Shown here: one piece after another, positions 10,631 through 20,912 of the stretch
Layout: every line of letters begins with the position of its first letter
Numbering within the stretch: the stretch's first letter is position 1
NCBI RefSeq assembly: GCF_006345805.1
Contig: NW_021823732.1
Span: 1-21,346, forward strand
Direction: 5' to 3'
From: Octopus sinensis
Lineage: Eukaryota
DNA length: 21,346 nucleotides
Notes under the pieces: generated by a model
Seen by the model: the letters and a program-made list of their open reading frames with translations, nothing else
What the model was told of the DNA's origin: nothing
Database searches by the model: none
Translations under genes and position numbers: made by a program

Positions 10631-10856
10631 TACTTTTTGTCCAATGGTTGACGTAAGATGTTACGTTATCATCTCGACAAATCGCCCCTGCTTAACCCTG
10701 TGCTTTATTAAGCCCACTCTACAACATCAATCTGGAGGCGGGAAACATCCAACACCATCAGCTGCCAACTGGAAACTCATCAACAATCATTATTATGCTA
10801 AGGTGAAGGAACTGCCTTAAAACTCCACCACCGCAAAATGATAACATACTTAGATT

Positions 10857-11298
10857 CATACATACATACATACATACATACATACATACATACATACATA
10901 CATACAAGACTATGTGTGTGTGTGTGTGTTTACCATTTTTCATGTTTTCTTCACTTTCATTCTTTCCTCTCCTTCAATGTATCAGTGTATATACATATAA
11001 TAATATATAATATATAGATATATATGTGTGTGTGTTGTGTGTGTATAATATATATATATATATGTATAGTGTTATACATATATATATATAGAATATATAT
11101 AAATGTATGTATGTATGCATGTATGTATGTATATAGATAGATACATACATACACACATATGTATATAGATATATATATTTATACATACATATATATATAC
11201 ACATATATATGTATATATATATATATGTAAGTATGCATATATCTATGTACATACATGTATACATACATATATATATATATATATAATATATATATATA
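10857..11298. repeat. (CATA)n, (TG)n and TA-rich low-complexity sequence
   Basis: Directly visible. Confidence 0.85.
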
Positions 11299-12223
11299 CA
11301 GGACACAATATACAGGTGGGCTGAGGACAACAACATGCAGTTTAATGCAGGTAAGTTCCAGGCTCTGCGCTACTGGCACACAAAGGTAAATGACGTGAAG
11401 ACTGGATACACTGGCCCAGGAAGAATTGCAATCCCTGAGTCAAAATCAGTGCGTGACCTGGGCATTGACATGAGCAATGATGCATCTTTCCAAATGCATA
11501 TTGCTAATCTGGTGATAAAATGCAGACGGCTAGCTGGATGGATTCTCCGAACTTTCAGAACAAGAGAGAAGGAGACACTGATGGTCCTATGGAAAACATT
11601 TGTCCTCAGCCGCTTGGACTACTGCTCCCACTTTGGTCACCACACAATATAAAACAAACAGCAGAACTCGAAGCAACTCAGAGAAGCTACACAAAGAAAA
11701 TCGTCTCAATGCAAAATGTCAGCTACTGGGAAAGACTGAAGGTATTAAACCTCTTTCTCCCGGGAGCGGAGGCGGGAGAGATATGCAGTGATATACATCT
11801 GGAAAATCCTGGAGGGTCTTGTCCCAAACTTTGACATTCAAAGTTACTCCAACCGCAGAACGGGCGCCGCTGCGTGGTGTGCCAAGGATTCCAACATCAC
11901 CATCAAAATACAGGTCCAGATACTGCAACAGCTTGGGTTTCAGAGGACCACAGCCCTTTAACATCCTCCCTAAATGCCTGAGAGACTTACATGGTGTGGA
12001 TGTGGGTTTCTTTAAAACTAAACTGGATCTCTTCTTGTTGGGAGTCCCAGATGAACCTACCTCACGACAGGAGACACGGATGCGGGCAGCAGCATCGAAC
12101 TCCCTTGTTGATCAAGTGCCACGTATCAGAGGTGGATTCACAAACTAGTGTAGCTCATTCAGCGTGGTGCCCCAGCATGGCCGCGGCCTTCGGGCTAAAA
12201 CATTTTTAAGGATTTAAGGATTT

Positions 12224-12224
<1 letters not shown>
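11299..12224 (+). mobile_element. 5'-truncated CR1-group LINE: RT C-terminal region, 3' UTR and terminal (TTTAAGGA)n repeat
   Basis: Across three frameshifts: QDTIYRWAEDNNMQFNAGKF..VRDLGIDM..GWILRTFRTR..LSRLDYCS/LWSPH..LEATQRSYTKKI..SYWERLKVLNL/ERRRERYAVIYIWKIL..FKTKLDLFLLGVPDEP..TN* (stop 12146-12148). Tail repeats at 12205-12224. Confidence 0.93.
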
Positions 12225-12390
<166 letters not shown>

Positions 12391-12525
12391 TTGTTTTTTT
12401 TTTTATGTTCATTTATAATAAAAACAATTTTGTATTAATCTGATGGGTTAATCTGTACTTTCCTGGAGTACAAATTTATTATTGTTACCATTCTCATACA
12501 AGAATTTTGTTGAATGTTGCTCACA

Positions 12526-12528
<3 letters not shown>

Positions 12529-12577
<49 letters not shown>

Positions 12578-12603
12578 ACACACACACACATACATATATA
12601 TAT
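12529..12603. repeat. (CA)n/(TA)n microsatellite
   Basis: Directly visible. Confidence 0.95.
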
Positions 12604-12818
12604 AAAGTTAATCCAAACATGAAATCACAAAGAGAAAACACAACAACGCGAGGACGTGGAACAAGTATAGTGTTATTGGACGCTCAGGAAAGGAAAGAAA
12701 GAAGGAGGATTTATTGTTTCGAGCGGAGCTCTTCGTCAGAAACATAGGAAAAGGAAAGATCCACGGAAGGGAAGACGGAGGAAAAAAGGAATCGCCAACG
12801 ATACACACGCGGTCACAT
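12604..12818 (-). mobile_element. Short non-coding repeat, probably a Penelope pseudo-LTR or derived non-autonomous element
   Basis: About 215-bp discrete block between microsatellites, pyrimidine-rich on the minus strand, containing a hammerhead-like core. Family membership is recalled and inferred. Confidence 0.6.
12709..12743 (-). ncRNA. Degenerate minimal type-I hammerhead ribozyme motif
   Basis: Minus strand GUUU-CUGACGA-A-GAGC(UCC)GCUC-GAA-AC-AA-U-AAAU: CUGANGA core, 4-bp stem II, GAAA, stem I GUUU/AAAU. The stem III/NUH region does not pair. Confidence 0.65.
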
Positions 12819-13332
12819 ATATATGCTCGCATGCGCACACATAATTCTACTCAAGGCATTGAGTCTTTTAGTCGAATGATATACTTCTGATAATGCTTGC
12901 CTTCTGTTGGGTACGATGGTACCCAGTATAGAGCACCGTGCGCAATGTGATACCGTGACCAAAACCTAATAATTGTTATGGTATTGTTATTGAAGTGACC
13001 GATGCTTATCGTCTTGAGTGCGTTTAAACGCGCCCTCTTGCATATGACTAGGAGGTTGCCGTGGGTCATATCTTTCTTGATAAGTGGTTTTGCAGGAAAT
13101 ATCGGAGGACTTGTAGAATCAGAGTATCGAATTAGGAAGTTGCAAATGTCTATTCATTTTACTAGAAGGTTGAGCAATTGAAACATGGGAAAGTGTGGAG
13201 TCCGGTCTACTGGAGAGTATAGAGAGGCTACGAGAGCGGTAGTACCGTCAATGCTTGACACGGCGAAGTGCATTTCCCACAACCAGCCGAGGGTACACTT
13301 GTTTCGCAAAGAAATATCACACACTTTCATGT

Positions 13333-13702
13333 AGGCGCAGACTTGGCTCTGTGGTAAAAAGCTTACTTTCCAACCATATGGCTCCGAGCTCAATGCCACT
13401 GCATGGCACCTTGGATAAGTGTCTTCTACTATAACCTAGGGCCGGTCAAAGCCTTGTGAGTAATTTGGTGGGAGGGAAACTGGAAGAAGCTCTTCGTATG
13501 TGTGTATTTTTGTGTCTGTGTTTGTCCCTCTCATCACCGCTTGACAACTGGTATTGGTGTGTTTACGGATACGTAGCACAGCGGTTCGGATAAGGAAACC
13601 GATAAGATGCGTACCCGGCTTTAAAAAAGTACTGTTGTCTATTCATTCGAACTAAAAACACTCTTCAAGCCCCAGCATGGCCTACGGCTAATGACTGAAA
13701 CA
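13333..13702 (+). mobile_element. Diverged full-length copy of the bipartite SINE
   Basis: Collinear with 7907-8303: AGGCGCAG head, GGCACCTTGG core, TGTTTGTCCC, CCCCAGCATGGCC..ATGACTGAAACA. Confidence 0.85.
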
Positions 13703-13794
13703 TCAGATTACAATTCTTATTGGCTACAAATATTTAGATGTGTAAGAAAATGAATAAAATATGGAATGAGTGAAGAGTTTGGAGGATTATAGTT

Positions 13795-14150
13795 ATACTA
13801 CTAGTTATAGATTGGCTTATGAAGGAAACTATGATCGAAAGCCAAACAAGTATTGAATGGATGGATGCGAAAGCTCTAGAAGATCTCGACTTTGCAGATG
13901 AAATAGCGCAACTTTTACAACATATAGCCAAATGCAAAATAAAACGTCAAAATTAGAAGCAATAGCTGCCAAACTAGGATTAAAAGTCAACCGCGACAAA
14001 TCAAAAATTATGCGCATTAATGAAGAAAACAGCAAACGTATTAAACTAGAAACCGGTGAACTAGAGGATGTAGCCGAGTTTACGTATTTAGGTAGTAAGA
14101 TAACGTTTTTAGGCGGCACCGACGAAGATATTAAACGTGAATAGAAAAAA
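13795..14150 (+). mobile_element. RTE-clade LINE reverse transcriptase fragment
   Basis: LLVIDWLMKET..IEW..LEDLDFADEIAQL (FADE at 13891-13902), frameshift, then QMQNKTSKLEAIAAKLGLKVNRDKSKIM..LEDVAEFTYLGSKI..GGTDEDIKR. A very decayed continuation to ~14330 is possible. Confidence 0.88.
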
Positions 14151-14480
14151 GAAAATTGTTTAAGTCGGTGCAAAAGTCAAATGTTTCAGTTGAGATTACA
14201 ATCCCAACATTCAAGGTGCGATTATTTGTATTATATTTTGAAAGTGGTTTCAGTCAAGATCTCAGGATAAATTTCCTTTCGTATCAACAGTGCCCGATAC
14301 CGCAGATTTGGAATAACGATAACAATCTGATTGCCTTGAATGGTCCTGTTTAATCTTTTATCAGCGGTACACACATTACATGCTTCCTGCTATTCCTGCA
14401 TCACCTGGAATTTTCAAGTATTCTTCCATTCGACACTGTAGTAGTATAGAAATCTTAATTGTATGTCACCTTTCCATAAC

Positions 14481-14979
14481 TTTTATCTTTTACTTGTATC
14501 CGTCATCAGATTCCGGCCATAGCGGGGCACTGCCTTAAGGTTTTTTTTTTAGTCGAATGAATCGAGCTCATTTTCTTATTTTCTTAAACCTAGTACTTTT
14601 TCTTTTTGCCAATCTGCTAAGTTGCAGGGATGTAATCAAACCAACACCGGTTGTCAAGCGGTGGCGAGGAGACAAACGCAGACATAAACATACACACACA
14701 AATACATACGCATATATATATATGTATGTATGTATATATATATGTATGTATGTATTATATATATATATATATATATACATATATGTATATATATATACAT
14801 ATATGTATATATATATATGTGTGTGTATTCGGTTTTTGTCTGCCAATTTCACTCACAAAGCTTTGGTCAGCCAGAGGCTATAGCAGCAGATACTCTCCCA
14901 AAGTGTCACACTGTGGGATTGAACCCAGAGCCATATGGTTACGAAGTAGGCTTCTTACCACTTAACCACGCTTGCTCCA
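14481..14979 (-). mobile_element. Diverged bipartite SINE with an expanded internal TA/TATG tract
   Basis: Reverse complement shows a GGTTCAATCCC B box, GTGACACTTTGGGAGAGTATC core, TTGACAACCGGTGTTGG, and tail GTGCCCCGCTATGGCCGG..TGACGGATACAAGTAAAAGATAAAA. Confidence 0.82.
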
Positions 14980-15320
14980 ATGTGTGTTTAAACTTTCCCT
15001 CAGTCATTCCCATATAGCATTTCAATTGTTACTTTTGTAGGGATTTTATTGATCAACTTCTGTTTGATATATACAATGTCTTTGTCATTAGAAAAGCTAT
15101 TTAGAAGCTGTAGTGTTTCTGCAAATACGGCTTTTTACATGTGGGATTGTGAATTTCTGTGATGCATTTTCATATTGTAACTTGATTTAAATGTGCGGCT
15201 ATTGGATAATTTAATATCCCAATAGCGGGGATTAAAATGCTTGTGTGATGTTTTACATGTTGTTGGTACAACTGTAACTTAATTTAGGTGTGTGTATATA
15301 TGTCTGTGTACATCTAGTTT

Positions 15321-15640
15321 CAGGTTCAGTTCCATTGTGTGGCACCTCGGGCAAATATCTTCATCTATAGCCCCTAACTCAACAATGCTTTTTTAATACG
15401 TTTGGTAGATGGAAACTGTGAGGAAGCCTACGCATACATATGTGTGTGTATACATGTCTCTGTGTGTCTGTGTTTGTGTTTGCCCCCCATCTATCGCTTG
15501 GTAACCTGTGTCGGTTTGTTTACGTCTAGGTTTTAAAACAAAATAAAACTGAGATGGATTTATTCGACTAAGTCTTTGAAAGTAATGCCCCAGAATAGCC
15601 GCAGTCTAATGACTGGAACAAGGAAAAGAAAAAAGAAAAG
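15321..15640 (+). mobile_element. 5'-truncated, diverged bipartite SINE
   Basis: GGTTCAGTTCCATTGTGTGGCACCTCGGGCAAAT..GGTAGATGGAAACTG..GCCCCAGAATAGCCGCAGTCTAATGACTGGAACAAG. Confidence 0.82.
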
Positions 15641-16269
15641 AGAAAGTCTTCTGCTGATGTGAGACGCGGTCGACTCTCTTCCTCCCATACGACCGTCGCC
15701 ATATTAAAACATCATTTATAAAGCGAATTGGGCGCTTGAACCTTGTTTCATATCTGAGTTGATAGAGCGAGAGTTTACACTGGAGAGACAATGACACCAA
15801 GGTTAATAGGTAGTTAAATAGTTAAGAGTTTGAACTCGTAAATATAGCAGCATCTTATCTTGTGTGTAGGTAAAGCAGTCAGAAAAAAAAAAATGAAGCA
15901 GAAAACGATGGACTTATAATATTTATCATACACTGGTATATTTCATCATTATACCATCTATACTTATCTATATTTCAAACAGAAAGTTACTTAAAAGAAG
16001 GGGGAGAATGAAAAAAGCAACATCAACGGCTGGATTTTATCAAACGGAAATAGATTTCAACCAACGTGTATGCTGTGTGCTGTATATGAAATACATATAT
16101 TTTGACAAACGTTTGGATTCTGTCAGTTACAGAGAATTCGCCAGAATCTATTTACTTTTTAGCTCTTCATTTCTTCTTTAAAGGCTGCGTTTCCTTCTCT
16201 TTACCTCCCCCCCCCCACTCTCGTTCTTGTTCTCGCTCTCGTTCTCGTTTACGTTCTCTTCTTACTGTA

Positions 16270-16291
16270 TGAGCTTTAGCGCTAAAGCTCA
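16270..16291. repeat. Perfect 22-bp palindrome
   Basis: TGAGCTTTAGCGCTAAAGCTCA equals its reverse complement. Confidence 0.97.
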
Positions 16292-16529
16292 GAGGCAAGC
16301 AGGGGTTGAGTTTTCTCATGCCCTCCGGTGCCTTGTCGAACTTGCACCGCTAATGTTAATTCTCTGCCAACACTTCCATTTTATTTTCGTTTGTTTTTGG
16401 TTTTACTTTTTTCAGCTTTTAGGTTGTTTTTTTTTTCTTTTTTTAATTTCTTTTTTTTTGTTTTTTTTTGCAACCTTAACTGTTTGCTTACGCTCGTTTA
16501 TTCATATTCTTTAATTTCTTTCCTCTTTC

Positions 16530-16655
16530 TCTCTTTCGCTCGCTATCTCTTTCTCTTTCAACAAAATTCTCTCTCTCCTCTCTCTCGCTCCACTTACTCT
16601 CTCTATAATATTTATATATATACGCATCTCTCTCTCTCTCTCTCTCTCCTCTCTC

Positions 16656-16716
<61 letters not shown>

Positions 16717-16815
16717 AATATATTATATAATATAATATACGAATACATGTATTATATGTATACATATATATGTGTGTGAGTCTGTGTGCGGTGGGTGTGT
16801 GTATGTATGTCTATG

Positions 16816-16872
<57 letters not shown>

Positions 16873-16945
16873 TCACTCTGTTTTTTTCTCGCTTTCTCTC
16901 TTTCAATCTTTCTCTCTCTCTCCTCTCTCTCTCTCTCTCCTCTCT
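16530..16945. repeat. (CT)n, (TA)n and (TG)n mosaic
   Basis: Directly visible. Confidence 0.88.
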
Positions 16946-16967
16946 CCATTCATGCTTCCCGCTTCAG

Positions 16968-16985
16968 TTTTGCCTGATCTGACAG
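16968..16985 (+). other. Candidate 18-nt microexon
   Basis: Long CT tract, TGC at 16953, TTCAG acceptor, TTTTGCCTGATCTGACAG, GTATGA donor. Only the phase-1 reading (LPDLT) is open. Motif-only evidence. Confidence 0.3.
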
Positions 16986-17653
16986 GTATGACAAGCTACA
17001 GATTATTTTGCATAATCACAGATTATCACAGAATAAACTGTCGCGAGAGACACAACCAGTTCTATTAATATATTAAGATGGAACGAATAGGAAACGTAAA
17101 CAAACAAAAACGAAAAAAAAAAAAGAAGTAAACTTCAAAATAATAACATATACATACACATATATAATATATATATACATATTCACACGCACACACGAGC
17201 ACACATACACACACACGCGCGACGGTGGATACTAACGAGGCGGGAAGAGAAGGGAGATGAAATAATATTTTTGAAAAAATACAGCAAAGAGAAATAAGAT
17301 TAACTTCTCTTTAGAAATCTTAATCTTAATACTAAATCTAATCCTTGATCTGGCATAAATTCCAAAAACAAAAAGAAAAGAAGAAGCTAATAAGAACACA
17401 ACCCCTGGAATAGACAGAAGGCCACGCATCCATAATTGAAGGGTATGGCTTCGTCAGCAGCGGGATATTTCCCCAAAATAGGCGCAAGGCCACGTATTTA
17501 TGATTTAGGAATAGGGTTCTGTCGATGGTCAGTACGATGTCCGGTCAAAAGGTATCAGGACTGGGGCGACAAATAGAAAAAACTACAACACATTATTTCG
17601 TTTTGGAATTTGGTTTGCAAGATTCTTTATATGAATTCGTGTGTTGAAGCATG

Positions 17654-17905
17654 TTCTGTTGTGTCTGGGGAGAGTCATTTTCTTTTTGTGCCTTATAATT
17701 TAACACACTCACCGGTAAAATTTCCACTTATTTCTTATTTTTATTTTCCTAAAATTTTCGTTGCCAGTCAAGACAATTGAAAAGGTTGCAAGACGCAACG
17801 AACACTTTAGGAAAATAAAAATAAGAAATAAGTGGAGATTTTACCGGTGAGTGTGTTAAATTATAAGGCACAAAAAGAAAATGACTCTTCCCAGACACAA
17901 CAGAA
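17654..17905. repeat. Inverted repeat, 111-bp arms with a 30-bp spacer; palindromic MITE-like element
   Basis: 17654-17764 pairs with 17795-17905 with 4 mismatches and no indel. Confidence 0.95.
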
Positions 17906-17921
17906 TACAACAATTCGGCAT

Positions 17922-18140
17922 CTAATCCCCCTTGAAGTATCCCCGCTTCTGAATTCACGCACTTTATCCAGTGTCGTTTCCATTGACGGAAGCATTCCTG
18001 GAACTCATTTTCTAGGGAGTAGCTGCTTCGTCGCATTCTCTTGGATTTCATCGACGTCTTGGAATCATGGTCACGGATGGAAGTCTGTGTTGCTCTGTTA
18101 TAAACAACGGACGTGAGTGAAAACGTTATGGCTTAGTATA
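17922..18140 (-). mobile_element. Mariner transposase C-terminal remnant, probably internally deleted
   Basis: FQDVDEIQENATKQLL / ENEFQECFRQWKRHWIKCVNSE / YFKGD* (stop 17922-17924), the classic mariner end W..RW.KC...EGDYFEGD. Coding similarity stops near 18070; the extension to 18140 is tentative. Confidence 0.85.
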
Positions 18141-18155
18141 CATGCCGGTTTCACT

Positions 18156-18520
18156 CTCTTTTACTCTTCTACTCTTTTACTTGTTTCAGTCATTTGACTG
18201 TGGCCATTTTGGAGCACCGCATTTAGTCTAGCAAATTGACCCCAGGACTTATTCTTTGTAAGCCTAGTACTCATTCTATCAGTCTCTTTTACCGAACCTC
18301 TAAGTTTATACTTATTCTATCGGTCTAATACTTATTCTATCGGTCTCTTTGGCCGGACCACTAGGTTACGGCGACGTAAACACACCAGCATCGGTTCAAG
18401 CGATGTTGGTAGGACAAACACAGACACACAAACATATACACACACATACATATACATATATATATATATTATATATATATAATATATATATATATATTAC
18501 GACGGCTTCTTTCAGTTTCT
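18156..18520 (-). mobile_element. 5'-truncated bipartite SINE with internal duplications and a (TAAAAGAG)n tail
   Basis: Plus strand CTCTTTTACT repeats, TTGTTTCAGTCATTTGACTGTGGCCAT..GGAGCACCGC, then the 3' half and GACGGCTTCTTTCAGTTTC. Confidence 0.9.
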
Positions 18521-18540
18521 TTTATATATTATATATTATA

Positions 18541-18623
<83 letters not shown>

Positions 18624-18740
18624 ATATGTATGTATGTATGTAGTGTGTGTATGCATGTATGTATGTAAATAGTAGCATGTGTATATATATATGTGCATAT
18701 GCATATATATTATATATATTAATATATATATAATATAAAT
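18521..18740. repeat. (TA)n-rich tract
   Basis: Directly visible. Confidence 0.92.
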
Positions 18741-19125
18741 TGGACATGGGCGAGCGTTGTATTCTTTCCTGTCTTGATGTTCGCAGCCAAACGGCTGGGT
18801 GGATTCGCATGAAAAATGGCCACACATGTGAATACGGGTGCATAAATTGGAATGCAGTTTGTATTTTTTTCCTAATCCCCATGATTACTTAGAAAAATCT
18901 ATTAAAACTTTTCTAATGGAATTCCCCTCTTTCTTCCGCCATTAAAACAACCAGTTGCTCCCACAGCCGGCATATACTACTTCGCTAGCAACAAGGGGAG
19001 TACAAAATGACAGCCGGCCAAAACGTTTGCTATGCTGTCACTCTTCTTTCACCTCTTTGTGGGGTTAATAATCTTTAGTTACAGTTTCTCATCCAAACTA
19101 CATAATAGGCAGAATTGTTGGAGTA

Positions 19126-19188
19126 AGACAGTAGGGTCTTTTGAGCGAGATTTGGCTGCTATTTCTACCAGGTCTAGCTACCAAGTAG
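19126..19188 (+). mobile_element. Possible short fragment of another interspersed repeat
   Basis: GAGATTTGGCTGCTATTTCTA..AGGTC resembles a cephalopod repeat from memory; there is no second copy in the window. Confidence 0.3.
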
Positions 19189-19573
19189 TGGTCAGAACTT
19201 AATTTCTATTCAAATATTTGCATTTCAAAAATTTAACATAATCATTTCCGTAAATCAGCTATCGTAAAAATACACTCACATGTCCATTTCATATATCTTC
19301 TTTCAATTTCTGCTCTCTGCAAAAAAACTTTTTACGTATGCAACTGCTTACAAAAATAGGAATTAATGCATAATTTCTTTCTATGTTCATAATTAAATAA
19401 ATGTTTTAATGATTACACAGAATAACTCTCAGAAACAGACTACGTACAAAATCGTTCTTCACAACTTCTGAAGCTGTTTTCTGACAGGGGGTCAGGAAAT
19501 TTTCATAGAGCTGTAAGCTGTATAAAAGATTATGCCTAACCAAAAACGATTACAGCCACATCATTCAAACAGA

Positions 19574-19601
19574 CCGGGTGAAACCGGGCTTAGCTGCTAG
19601 T
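19574..19601 (+). mobile_element. Probable Helitron 3' terminus
   Basis: CCGGGTGAAACCGGG GC-rich hairpin-like motif, 8 nt, then CTAG followed by T. No 5' end or Rep/Hel coding sequence identified. Confidence 0.5.
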
Positions 19602-19641
<40 letters not shown>

Positions 19642-20218
19642 GTACGTGTATATGTATATATACGCACACGTACATATATGCATATACATATACACATGTA
19701 TATATGTATGTGTATATTTATACACATATATATATATATATCCATATATACATATGCATATGCATATTTATATATATATATATATACATTTATATATAGG
19801 TATATATGTGTGTGTATGTCTGTGCGTGTATTTTCTGTATGTATATATTGTGTGTATGTATATACATATGTATATGCATATATATATATAGACGTGTACA
19901 TACACAAACATATCAGGAAACACGTATATTCATACATACATACTTATGTATGTATGCATGCATGTATGTATGTATGTATGTTTGTATGCATGTATGTATG
20001 TATGTATGTATGCATGTATGTATGTATGTATGTTTGTATGCATGTATGTATGTATGTATGAATGTACGAATGTATGTATATATGTACGTATATATGTTTA
20101 TATATATATGTATGTATATATGTATGTATGCATGTATGTATGTACGAATGTATGTATGTATGAATGTATGTATGTATGTATGAATGTATGAATGAATGTA
20201 TGTTTGTATGAATGTGTG

Positions 20219-20250
<32 letters not shown>

Positions 20251-20385
20251 TGTATTATGTATGTATGAATGCATGTATGCATGCATGTATATATGTGTGT
20301 ATGTATTCTTGTTTGAATGTATGTATGTATGCATGCATGTATGTATGTATGCATGCATGTATGTATGTACGTATGTATACACAGT
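19602..20385. repeat. TA/CA mosaic followed by a degenerate (TATG)n tract (~19944-20385)
   Basis: Directly visible, with recurring TGCA, TTTG and TGAA variants. Confidence 0.92.
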
Positions 20386-20844
20386 ATGCTAAATGCGCGT
20401 GCGAGCATGTATTTCTATTCGTTTTTAGTAACCCTATTTATTTCAAACAATGGCGTGCGAACAATGATACCAAGTTTCATAGAACCATAATACACGTATA
20501 GACACTCTCTCTTACAGACACACGCATATACCCGTTGGTCTGCGCGTATATGAGGATATATAACAGCATAATATTATGTGTGTACGTGTATGCGTGGAGT
20601 ATCGTTAATTAGGAAGTGAGTTTAGTCTGAACCAATTAAAACCAGCTGTAGAAATTCAATACTAAGCGGGCGACATATTGGACTTCTAAACAATATACAA
20701 TATCGCTCAAAAATGATGATATATATTCTGATTAGTTAAAACAGACGCCCTTTCTTTCTTTGATGATTCGTTCTTCTTGTTATTGTTGCTGTTGTTGTGG
20801 TTGCTATTACTGCTATTATTGTTATTGCTACTATCATTGTCGTT

Positions 20845-20845
20845 A

Positions 20846-20912
<67 letters not shown>

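Noticed and set aside
17230-17236. TACTAAC branch-point consensus
   Set aside because: Followed by purine-rich sequence with no polypyrimidine tract.
17232-17429. Signal-peptide-like ORF MRGLLSIPGVVFLLASSFLF
   Set aside because: Hydrophobicity follows from the T-rich strand; no other support.
17417-17457. Minus-strand CTGACGAAGCC as a hammerhead core
   Set aside because: No GAAA follows the possible GCC/GGC stem.
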